A DNA stretch of 64,000 bases, taken from Eledone cirrhosa. Lineage: Eukaryota. Made by a program: the position numbers and the translations under genes. The notes beneath the pieces are model-generated. The model made no database searches and was not told the DNA's origin. It saw only the letters and a list, made by a program, of their open reading frames with translations. The stretch is from the NCBI GenBank assembly GCA_964016885.1, contig OZ024740.1:409696001-409760000 (forward strand). The letters are read 5' to 3'. Shown in pieces: positions 19,101 to 35,200 of this stretch. The stretch's first letter is position 1, and every line of letters begins with the position of its first letter.

Positions 19101-20460
19101 ATTATACTATATTATACTAAACTAAACTAAACTATACTAAATCATACTATACTAAACTAAACTAAACTATAATATACTATACCATAAACTATACTATAAT
19201 ATACGATACAAAACTCTACTATACTAAACTATACTATACGATACTAAACTATATTATACAATACTATAAACTATACTATACTATACTCTACAAAACTATA
19301 TTATACTAAACTATACTTTACTATACTATGCTATACTATACTATACTATACTATACTATACTATACTATACTATACTATACTATACTATACTATACTATA
19401 CTAAACTATACTATGCCATACTAAATTAAACTATACGATGCTATACTAAACTATACAATGCTATTCTATACTAAACTAAACTAAACTATACAATACTAAA
19501 CTATACTATACTAAACTATACTATATAAAACTATACTATACTAAACTAAACTAAAATATACTATACTATACTAAACTAAACTATAGTATACTGTACAATA
19601 CTATACTATACTCTACTCTACAAAACTATACTATACCAGACTATACTATAATATACAATACCATACTATACTCTACAAAACAATACTTAACCATACAATA
19701 CTGTATTATACCATACTATACTATAGTATATAATGCTATACCATACTATACCATTCTATATATACCGTACTATACTCTACAAAACTATACTATACTATAC
19801 TCTAATATACTATACTACACTATACTATACTATACTAAACTATACTATACTATACTATATTATACTATACTATACTAAACTATACTATTCTATAGAATAC
19901 TATACTATACTGTACTATACCATACTATACTTTACTATACCATACTATACTAAAATATACTACACTATACTAAACTAAACTATACTATGATATACAATAC
20001 TATACTATACTAAACTGAAATATACTATACTATACTATACTAAACTAAACTATACTATACTATATAATAGTGAACTACATTATACTATACTATACCAAAC
20101 TATAATATACTATACTATACTATAGTAAACTATACTAAACTATACTACACTATACAATACAATACTAGAATAAACTATACTATACTATAATATATTATAC
20201 TATACTATACTATACAATACTATACAATACTATACTATAATATACTAAACAAAACTATACTATACTAAACTAAACGATACTATACTATACAAAACTAAAT
20301 TATACTATACTAAACTAAATTAAACTAAACTATACTATACTAAACTAAAATAAACTATACTATAATATACTATACTAAACTATAATATACTATACTACAC
20401 TATACTATACTAAATTATACTATACTATACAATACCATACAATATTAAAATATACTACAC
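7200..20460. repeat. Higher-order repeat domain: ~1.5 kb units grouped in ~4.5 kb trimers
   Basis: Marker ccattctatatataccgtac at ~8099, 9630, 11206, 12588, 14064, 15610, 18190, 19751. (CTAGA)n runs at ~7207, 11801, 16195. Private variants catacttgctg and ctcgacaaaa at ~8041/8124 and ~12530/12612. Confidence 0.85.
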
Positions 20461-23400
20461 TATACTATACTATACAAACTATACTATACTATACGATATA
20501 TACTATACTATTCTAAATTAAACTAAACTATACTAAACTATACTATACTAATTTAAACTAATCTTTACTATACAATAAAATACTATAATATTCTACAATA
20601 TATTATACTAAATTATACTATACTATATTGTACTAAATTATACTATACGATATTATACTATACTATACCATATTATACTATACCTTACTATACTATACCA
20701 TACTATACTCTACATAACTATACAATACCATACTATACTATACTATACCATACTATAATATACTATACCTTACCTTACTATACTCTACAAAATTATACTA
20801 TACCATACTATACTATACCATACTATACTATACTATAGTAAACTATGGTATACTAAACTATACCATACTATACTACACCATACTCTACAAAAATATGCTA
20901 TACTATACAATACTAAACTATACTATACTATACTAAAATAAACTAAACTATACCATACTACACTATACTATACTAAATTATATTATACTATACTATATTG
21001 TACTAAACTATAATATACTATACTATACTATACTATACTATACTATACTATTCTATACTATACTATACTATACTATGCTATACTATACTATACTATACAA
21101 TACTATATAAACTATACTATACTATAGAATACTACACTAAACTAAACTATACCATAATATACTAAACTAAACTATACTATACAATACTATAAACTATACT
21201 ATACTATACTCTACAAAACTATATTATACTAAACTATACTATACTATACTATACTATACTAAACTAAACTATACTATACTATACTATAATATACTATACT
21301 ATACCATACTATAATAAACTAAACCATACTATACTATACTCTACTAAACTATAATATACTATACTATACTATACTATACTATACTATACTATACTATACT
21401 ATACTATACTATACTATACTATACTATAGTATACTAAACTAAACTATACTATACTAAACTAAACTAAAGTATACTATACTAAATTATACTAAACTAATCT
21501 ATACTATACTAAACTATGGTATACTATAAAATACTATACTATACTATACTATACTAGACTAGACTAGACTAAACTATACTATACTATACTATACTATACT
21601 ATACTATACTATACTATACTATACTATACTATACTATACTATACTATACTATACTAAACTATACAATACTATACTATTCTATACTACACTATACTATACT
21701 ATACTATATTATACTATACAATCTATACTATACTATATTATAATAAACTAAACTAAACTATACTAAATTATACTCTACTAAACTAAACTAAACTATACTA
21801 TACTATACTATACTATACTATACTATACTATACTATACTATACTATACTATACTATACTATACTATACTATACTATACTATACTATACTATGCTAAACTA
21901 AACTATGCTATACTATAATATACGATACAAAACTCTACTATACTAAACTATACTATACGATACTAAACTATACTATACAATATTATTAACTATATTATAC
22001 CATACTCTACAAAACTATATTATACTAAACTATACTATACTATACTATACTATACTATACTATACTATACTATTCTATACTATACTATACTATACTATAC
22101 TATACTATACTATACTATACTATACTATACTATATTATACTATACTATACTATACTATACTATACTATACTAAACTAGACTATGCCATACAAAATTAAAC
22201 TATACAATGCTATACTAAACAATACAATGCTATGCTATACTAAACTAAACTAAACTATACAATACTAAACTATACTATACTAAACTATACTATATAAAAC
22301 TGTACTATACTAAGCTAAACTAAACTATACTATACTTTACTAAACTAAACTATAGTATACTGTACAATACTATACTCTACTCTACAAATCTATACTATAC
22401 CAGACTATTCTATAATATACTATACTATACTATACTATACCATACCATACTATACTCTACAAAACTATACTGTACCATACTATACTATACTATACAATAC
22501 TATACTATACTATACCATACTATACTATAGTATATAATGCTATACTATACTATACCATTCTATATATACCGTACTATACTTTACAGAACTATACTATACT
22601 ATACTCTAATATACTATACTACACTGTAGTATACTATACTAAACTATGCCATACTATACTAATCTAAACTCTACTATACTATACTAAACTAAACTATACT
22701 ATACTTTACTATACCATACTATAATTTACTGTACCATACTATACTAAAATATACTATACTATACTATACTATACTATACTATACTAAACTAAACTATACT
22801 ATGATATACTATACTATGCTAAACTGAAATATACTATACTATACTATACTATACTAAACTAAACTATACTATACTATATAATAGTAAACTACACTATACT
22901 ATACTATACTATACCAAACTAAACTATACTACACTATACTATACTATACTAGAATAAACTATACTATACTATATTATACTATACTATACTATACAATAAT
23001 ATACAATACTATACTATACTATACTAAACTAAACTATACTATGCTAAACTAAACGATACTATACTATACAAAACTAAATTATACTATACTAAACTAAATT
23101 AAACTAAACTATACTGTACTAAACTAAACTATACTATAATATACTATACTAAACTATACTATACTATACTACAATATACTATACTAAATTATACTATACT
23201 ATACAATACTATACTATACTAAACTATACTACACCATACTATGCTATACAAATTATACTACACTGTACTGAACTATACTATACGATATATACTATTCTAT
23301 ACTATACAATATTATACTATAATATACTATACTATACAAAACTAAACTATACTATAATATACAATTCTATACAATACTATACTATACAATACCATACTAT

Positions 23401-26047
23401 ATTATACTACACTATACTATACTAAATTATATTATATTGTACTAAATTATACTATACGATATTATACTATGCTATACTATACCATACTATACTATACCAT
23501 ACTATACTATACCATACTATACTATACCATACTATACTCTACATAACTATAATATACCATACTATACTATACTATACCATACTAAATTATATACTATACC
23601 ATACCATACTATACTCTACAAAACTATACTATACCATACTATACTATACCATACTATACTATAGTAAACTATGCTATACTAAACTATACCATACTATACT
23701 ACACCATACTCTTAAAAACAATACTATACTATACAATACTATAATATACTATATTAAATTATACTATACTAAACTATACTGTACTAAACTACAATATACT
23801 CTATTATACTATAATATACTAAACTATACTATACTATACTATACTATACTATACTATACTATACTATACTATACTATACTATATAAATTATACTATACTA
23901 TAGAAAACTATACTAATACCATACTATACTCTACATAACTATAATATACCATACTATACTAAACTATACCATACTATATTAAACGAAACTATAATATACT
24001 ATACCAAACTAAACTATACTATACTATACTTTACTATACCATACTATAATAAAATATACTATACTATACAAAAATAATTATACTACTATACTAAACTAAA
24101 CTATACTATACTATATAAACTAAACTCTACTATATAATACCAAACTACACTATACTATATATATTAAACTATACTATACAAGATTAAACTATACTATACT
24201 ATGCTATACTATACTATACTATACTATACTATATAATACTATACTATACTATACTATACTATACTATACTATACTATACTATACTATAATATACTATACT
24301 ATACTATACTATACTATACTATACTATAATATACTATAGTATACTATACTATACTATAATATACTACACAAAACTATACTATAGTATACTATATTATAAC
24401 ATTATATACTATACTAAACTATACTATACAATATTATAGAATACCATACTATACTAAACAATACTATAGTATATTATACTAAACAATACTATATTATACT
24501 ATACTATACTCAACAAAACTATACTATACCATACTATACTGTACTATACTCAACAAAACTATACTATAGTATACTATACTATACTATGCTAATCCCTACT
24601 TTACTATACATTTGTATACTATGCTATACTATATTATACCATACCATACTATATTATAATATACTATGCTATACTATTCTATACTATACTATACTATGCT
24701 ATATTATAATATACTTTATTATACTATTCTATACTATACTATACTATGCTATACTATACTAAACTATACTATCCCATACTATACTAAGCTATACTATACC
24801 ATACTATAATATATTATACAATACTATACTAAACTATATTCTACATAACTATACTATAGTGTACTATCCTTTACTATGCTATGCTATACTATACTATATT
24901 ATATTATACTATACTATACTATACTAAACTATACTAAACTATACTATACAATATTATAGAATACCATACTATACTAAACAATACTATACAATTCTATATT
25001 ATACTATACTATACTATACATTACTATACACTATACTATACAAATCTATACTATAGTATACTATACTATACCATACTATAGTATACTATACTATAACATG
25101 CTATGCTATACTATACTATACTATGCTATACTATACTATACTATACTATACTATACTATACTATACTATACTATAATATACTATACTATGCTATACTATT
25201 CTATATTATACCTTACTATAGTCTACAATAGTATACTATAATATAATATACTATACTAAACGATATTATACTATAGATCACTATACTATACTAAACAACA
25301 CTATACTATACTAAACAACACTATACAATACTATACTACACTAAACTCTACTGAATTAAACTATACTATACTATACTATACTTTACTCTACCATACTATA
25401 CTAATCTATACTATACTATACTATACTGTATTATACTAAATTATACTATACTATAGTATACTAAACTATATTAAACTATACTATACTATACTATACTATA
25501 CTATACTATACCATAGTACACTATACTAAATTATACTATACTATACTATATTATACTAAACAATACTATACTATACTAAACTATACTATACTATACTATA
25601 CTATACTATACCAAGCAATATAATACCATACTATACTATACTATACTATACTATACTATACTATACTATACTATACTATACTATACTATACTATACTATA
25701 CTATACTATACCATGCTATACTAAACTATACTATACAATATTATAGAATACTATACTATACTATACTATACTATACTATACTATACTATACTATACTATA
25801 CTATACTATACTATACTATACTATACTATACTATACTATACTACATTATACTATACTACGCAATGCTATACTATACTATGCTATGCAATATTAAACTATA
25901 CTATATTATACTATACTATACTATAGTATACTATTATATTTTGTGCTATACTATACTATACTATACTGTACTATATATATTATACTAACTATGCTATACT
26001 ATAACCTGATATACTATATTATATATACTGTACTATGCTATACTATA

Positions 26048-26141
26048 ATTGTTTCTACTTTAGGCACAAGGCCAGCAGTTATCCAGTGCATTACTGGTAC
26101 TTTATTTTATCGACCCCGTAGGAATGAAAGGCAAAGTCAAC
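26048..26141 (-). mobile_element. 5'-truncated SINE inserted in the satellite
   Basis: Reverse complement matches the 3' half of the SINE at 48448-48619 (gttgactttgcctttcat...ggggtcgataaaataaagtaccagt...ggccttgtgcctaaagtagaaacaatt). Candidate TSD atgctatactata at 26035-26047 and 26142-26154. Confidence 0.92.
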
Positions 26142-26299
26142 ATGCTATACTATACTATATTATAACATGCTATACTATACTATACTATACTATCCTATGC
26201 TATACTATACTATACTATACTATGCGATACTATACTATACTATGCTATACTATACTATACTATAATATGTTATACGATAGTATACTATACCATACTACA

Positions 26300-29200
26300 T
26301 TATACTATACTATACTATACAAAACTATACTATAGTATACTATACTATGCCATACTATACTATATTATAACATGCTATACTATACTATACTATACTATAC
26401 TATACTATGCTATGCTATGCTATACTTCACTATACTAAACTATACTATATTATACAATACTTCAAACCTATACTAAAGTATACTGTACTATACGATACAA
26501 TACTATACTATACTATGCTATACTCTGCTATACTATACTATAATATACAATACTATATTATAGTATACTATGGTATACTAAACTAAACTATACTAAACTA
26601 TACTAATCTATCATATACTAAATTAAAGTAAACTATACTATACATTACTATACTATACAACACTATACTATACGAATTTATACTATATTATATTCTACTA
26701 AATTATAATATACTATATTATATATAACATACTATACTATACTATACTATACTATACTATACTATACCATACCATACTATAATCTACAAAACTATAATAT
26801 ACCATACTACACTATACTATAATATACCATACTATACTCTACTATACCATACCATACTATACTCTACAAATCTATACTATACCATACTATACAATACTAT
26901 AGTATACTATGCTATACTATACCATACTATACTATAGTTTAGTTTAGTATAGTATAGTATACTTTAGTAGTGTATTATATAGTATAGTTTAGTTTAGTAT
27001 AGTATAGTATAGTATAGTATAGATTTGTAGAGTATAGTATGGTATAGTACTATAGTATACTATGCTGTACTATACTATACCCTACTATACTCTACAAAAG
27101 TATACTATACTATAATATACCATACTAAACTATACTATACTATACAATACTATACTATACTATACTCTACTAAACTACACTATACAATACTATACTATAC
27201 TAAGCTATACTAAACTAAATTATACTATACTATACTATACTTTACTTTACCATACTATACTAAACTATACTATATTGTCCTAAACTAAACTATACTTTAC
27301 TAAACTAAACTATACTGTACTAAACTATACTATACTATCGTATACTATACTATACTATGCTATGCTATAATATACTATTATATATCTATACTACACTATA
27401 CTATATTAAACTATACTATACCATACTATACTATACTATACTATACTTTACTGTACTATACTATACTATACCATACCATACTACAATATACTATACTATT
27501 CTATACTATACCATACTATACTAAACTATACTATACAATATTATAGAATACTATACTATACCATACTATATTATACTAAACTTTACTATACTATACTAAA
27601 CTAAACAATACTATACCATACTATACTGCACTATACTAAACAAAACTATATTATAGTATACTATACTATACTATGCTATGCTATACTATACTATACTCTT
27701 CCCTACTAGGCTCTACTATAGATTAGTAAACTATGCTATACTATATTATACCATACTATATTATACTATACTATACTATACTATGCTATAGTATACTATA
27801 CTATACTATACTATACTATACTATGCTATATTATACTATACTTTATTATACTATTAAATACTATACTATGCTATACTATAATAAACTATACTATACCATA
27901 CTATACTAAGCTATACTATTCCATACTATACTATACTATACTATACTATACTATACTATACTATTCCATACTATACTATACTAAACTATACTATACCATA
28001 CTATACTAAGCTATTCTATACCATACTCTTCTATACTATGCCATAATATATTATACTATACTATACTATACTATACTATAATATACTATACAATATAAGA
28101 GAATACTATACTATACTAAACTATACTATACTATGCTATACTATACTATTCTATACTAAACTCTACTATACTATATTATACTATACTACAAACCTATACT
28201 ATAGTATACAATACTATACTATGCTATACTATATTATACTATGCTATACTATACTATACAATATTATACTATACTATGCTATGATATACTACACTATACT
28301 ATATTATACTATACTTTACTATACTATACTATGCTATAGCATAGTATAATATACTATACTATACAATACTATACTATACTATACTATACTAAACTATACT
28401 ATACTATACTATACTAAACTAAACTAACTAAACTATACTGAATTATACTATACTAAATTAAAGTAAACTATACTATACATTACTATACAATTCTATACAA
28501 TACAATACTATACTATACTATAAAATATTATACTATACTATGCTATACTATACTATACTATACTATATTATACTATACATAACTATAATATACTATGCTA
28601 TAGTATGCTATACTATACTATACTATACAATACTATACTATACTATACTAAACTATACTATGCTATACTATTCTATACTAAACTAACTAAACTATACTAA
28701 ACTATACGATACTAAATTAAAGCAAACTATACTATACATTACTATACTATTCTATACAATACCTTACAATACTATACTATAATATACTATACTGTACTAT
28801 ACTATACTACACTATACTATACTATACTATACAAAACTATACTATAGTATACTATACTATGCCATAATATACTATATTATAACATGCTATACTATAATAT
28901 ACTATACTATACTATACTATACTGTACTATACTATACTATACTATACTATACTATACAATACTATACTATACTATACTATACTATACTATACTATGCTAT
29001 GCTATGCTATACTTCACTATACTAAACTATACTATATTATACGATACTTCAAACCTATAATAAAGTATACTATACTATACAATACTATACTATACTATGC
29101 TATAATCTGCTATACTATGCTATAATATACAATACTATATTAGACTATACTATGGTATACTAAACGAAACTATACTAAACTATACTAATCTATCATATAC

Positions 29201-32200
29201 TAAATTAAAGTAAACTATACTATACATTACTATACTATACTATACTATACTATACTATACTATACAATACTATACATTACTATGCTATACAATACTATAC
29301 TATACTATACAACACTATACTATACGAATTTATACTATATTATATTCTACTAAACTATAATATACTATATTATATATAACATACTATACTATACTATACT
29401 ATACTATACTATACTATACTATACCATACCATACTATAATCTAAAAAACTATAATATACCATACTACACTATACTATAATATACCATACTATACTCTACT
29501 ATACCATGCCATACTATACTCTACAAATCTATACTATACCATACTATACAATACTATAGTATACTATGCTATACTATACCATACTATACTATAGTTTAGT
29601 TTAGTATAGTATAGTATACTTTAGTAGTGTATTATATAGTATAGTTTAGTTTAGTATAGTATAGTATAGTATAGTATAGTATAGTATAGTATAGTATAGT
29701 ATAGTATAGTATAGTATAGTATAGTATAGTATAGTATAGTATAGTATAGTATAGATTTGTAGAGTAGAGTATGGTATATTACTATAGTATACTATGCTGT
29801 ACTATACTATACCCTACTATACTCTACAAAATTATACTATACTATAATATACCATACTAAACTATACTATACTATACAATACTATACTATACTATACTAT
29901 ACTAAACTACACTATACAATACTATACTATACTAAGCTATACTAAACTAAATTATACTATACTATACTATACTTTACTATACCATACTATACTAAATTAT
30001 ACTGTCCTAAACTAAACTATACTTTACTAAACTAAACTATACTGTAATAAACTATACTATACTATCGTATACTATACTATACTATGCTATGCTATAATAT
30101 ACTATTATATATCTATAATACACTATACTATACTAAACTATACTATACCATACTATACTATACTATACCTTACTGTACTATACTATACTATACCATACCA
30201 TACTACAATATACTATACTATTCTATACTATACCATACTATACTAAACTATACTATACAATATTATAGAATACTATACTATACCATAATATATTATACTA
30301 AACTTTACTATACTATACTAAACTAAACTATACTATACCATACTATACTGTACTATACTAAACAAAACTATATTATAGTATACTATACTATGCTATGCTA
30401 TACTATACTATACTCTTCCCTACTATGCTATACTATAGATTAGTATACTATGCTATACTATATTATACCATACTATATTATACTATACTATACTATACTA
30501 TACTATACTATTATATACTATACTATGCTATACTATAATAAACTATACTATACCATACTATACTAAGCTATACTATTCCATACTATACTATACTATACTA
30601 TACTATACTATACTATACTATACTATTCCATGCTATACTATACTATACTAAACTATACTATACCATACTATACTAAGCTATACTATACCATACACTTCTA
30701 TGCTATACCATAATATACTATACTATACTATACTATACTATACTATACTATACAATACTATATTTTACTATACTATACTATACTATACTATACTATACTA
30801 TACTATACTATAATATACTATACAATATAAGAGAATACTATACTATACTAAACTATACTATACTATGCTATACTATAATATAATATATGATAATATACTA
30901 TACTATACTATATTATACAAAACTATACTATAGTATACTATACTATACTATTCTATACTAAACTATACTATACTATATTATACTATACTACAAACCTATA
31001 CTATAGTATACTATACTATGCTATGCTATACTATACTATACTATGCTATACTATACTATACAATATTATACTATACTATGCTATGCTATACTATACTATA
31101 CTATATTATACTATACTTTACTATACTATACTATGCTATAGCATACTATACTATACTATACTATACGATACTATACTATACTATACTGTACTAAACTATA
31201 CTATACTATACTAAACTAAACTAACTTAACTATACTAAACTATACTATACTAAATTAAAGTAAACTATACTATACATTACTATACTATTCTATACAATAC
31301 TATATTATACTATACTATACTACACTATACTATACTAGCTTATAATATACTATATTGTACTAAACCCTAATATACTATATTGTACTATACTATAGTATAC
31401 TATAAAATATTATACTATGCTATGCTATACTATACTATACTATACTATACTATACTATACTATACAATACTATACTATACAATACTATACTATACAATAC
31501 TATACTATACTTCACTATACTATAATTTATACTATATTATATTGTACTGAACTATAATATACTATATTATACAATATCATACTATACTATACTATACTAT
31601 ACTATACTATACTATACTATACTATACTATACTATACTATACTATACTATACTATACTATACTATACTATACTATATTATACTATACCATACTATAATCT
31701 ACAAAACTATAATATACCATACTACACTATACTATAATATACCATACGATCCTCTACTATACCATACTATACTATACTCTACAAATCTATACTATACCAC
31801 ACTATACTATACTATAGTATACTATGCTATACTATACCATACTATACTATAATTTAGTTTAGTATAGTATAGTATACTTTAGTAGTGTATAATATAGTAT
31901 AGTTTAGTTTAGTATAGTATAGTATAGTATAGTATAGTATAGTATAGTATAGTATAGTATAATATAGTATAGTATAGTATAGTATAGTATAGATTTGTAG
32001 AGTAGAGTATGGTATAGTACTATAGTATACTATGCTGTACTATACTATACCCTACTATACTCTACAAAATTATACTATACTATAATATACCATACTAAAC
32101 TATACTATACTATACAATACTATACTATACAATACTATACTAAGCTATACTAAACTAAATTATACTATACTATACTATACTTTACTATACCATACTATAC

Positions 32201-35200
32201 TAAACTATACTATACTGTCCTAAACTAAACTATACTTTACTAAACTAAACTATACTGTAATAAACTATAATATACTATCGTATACTATACTATACTATGC
32301 TATGCTATAATATACTATTATATATCTTTAATACACTATACTATACTAAACTATACTATACCATACTATACTATACTATACTATACCTTACTGTACTATA
32401 CTATACGATACCATACCATACTACAAATATACTATTCTATACTATACCATACTATACTAAACTATACTATACAATATTATAGAATACTATAATATACCAT
32501 ACTATATTATACTAAACTTTACTATACTATACTAAACTAAACTATACTATACCTTACTATACTGTACTATACTAAACAAAACTATATTATAGTATACTAT
32601 ACTATGCTATGCTATACTATACTATACTCTTCCCTACTATGCTATACTATAGATTAGTATACTATGCTATACTATATTATACCATACTATATTATACTAT
32701 ACTATACTATACTATACTATACTATACTATACTATACTATACTATACTATACTATACTATACTATACTATGCTATATTATACTATACTTTATTATACTAT
32801 TATATACTATACTATGCTATACTATAATAAACTATACTATACCATACTATACTAAGCTATACTATTCCATACTATACTATACTATACTATACTATACTAT
32901 ACTATACTATACTATACTATACTATACTATTCCATGCTATACTATACTATACTAAACTATACTATACCATACTATACTAAACTATACTATACCATACACT
33001 TCTATACTATACCATAATATACTATACTATACTATACTATACTATACTATACTATACTATACTATACTATACTATACTATACAATATTATACTATACTAT
33101 ACTATAATATACTATACTATACTATACAATAATATACTATACAATATAAGAGAATACTATACTATACTAAACTATACTATACTATGCTATACTATAATAT
33201 AATATATGATAATATACTATACTATACTATATTATACAAATCTATACTAGAGTATACTATACTATACTATTCTATACTAAACTATACTATACTATATTAT
33301 ACTATGCTACAAACCTATACTATAGTATACTATACTATACTATGCTATGCTATACTATACTATACTATGCTATACTATACTATACAATATTATACTATAC
33401 TATGCTATGCTATACTATACTTTACTATATTATACTATACTTTACTATACTATACTATGCTATAGTATACTATACTATACTATACTATGCAATACTATAC
33501 TATACTATACTATACTGTACTAAACTATACTATACTATACTATACTACACTAAACTAACTAAACTATACTAAACTATACTATACTAAATTAAAGTAAACT
33601 ATACTATACATTACTATACTATTCTATACAATACTATACTATACTATACTATACTACACTATACTATACTAATTTATAATATACTATATTGTACTAAACC
33701 CTAATATACTATATTGTACTATACTATACTATACTATAAAATATTATACTATACTATGCTATGCTATACTATACTATACTATATTCTACTATACATTACT
33801 ATACTATAGTATGCTACAGTATGCTATACTATACTATGCTATACTATACAATACTATACTATACTATACTAAACTATACTATGCTATACTATACTATACT
33901 AAACTAAATTAACTAAACTATACTAAACTATACTATACTAAATTAAAGTAAACTATACTATACATTACTATACTATTCTATACAATACTATACAATACTA
34001 TACTATACTATACTATACTATACTATACTGTACTATACTATAATATAATATAATATACTATAGTATAATATACTATAGTATACTAAACTATACTACACTA
34101 TACTATACTATACTATACTATACTATACAAAACTATACTATAGTATACTATACCATGCCATACTATAGTATACTATATTATAACATGCTATACTATACTA
34201 TACTATACTATACTATACTATACTATACTATACTATACTATACTATACTATACTATACTATACTAGACTAGACTAAACTATACTATACCATGCTATGCTA
34301 TACTATACTATAATATGCTATACTATACTATACTATAATATATTATACTATATTATACTATACTATACTATACTACACTGTAGTATACTATACAATAGAA
34401 AAATATATAGTATACTATATTATAACATGCTATACTATACTATACTATACTATGCTATACTATGCTATGCTATACTATACTATACTAAACTATACTATAT
34501 TATACAATACTGCAAACCTATACTATAGTATACTATACTATGCTATGCTATACTATACTATAATATACTATACTATAATATACTATACTATACAATATTA
34601 TACTATACAATGCTATGCTATACTATACTATATTATACTATACTATACTATACTATACTATACTATACTATGCTATAATATGCTATTCTATACTATACTA
34701 TACTATACAATACTATACAATACTATACTATACAATACTATACTATACAATACTATACTATACTTCACTATACTATAATTTATACTATATTATATTGTAC
34801 TGAACTATAATATACTATATTATACTATATCATACTATACTATACTATACTATACTATACTATACTATACTATACTATACTATACTATACTATACTATAC
34901 TATACTATACTATACCATACTATAATCTACAAAACTATAATATACCATACTACACTATACTATAATATACCATACGATCCTCTACTATACCATACTATAC
35001 TGTACTGTACAAATCTATACTATACCACACTATACTATACTATATTATACTATGCTATACTATACCATACTATACTATAGTTTAGTTTAGTGTAGTATAG
35101 TATAGTTTAGTAGTGTATTATATAGTATAGTATAGTATAGTATAGTATAGTATAGTATAGTATAGTATAGTATAGTATAGTATAGTATAGTATAGTATAG

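Noticed and set aside
7200-20460. CRISPR-like or information-coding array
   Set aside because: There are no unique spacers. The units are near-identical tandem copies of degenerate pentamers.
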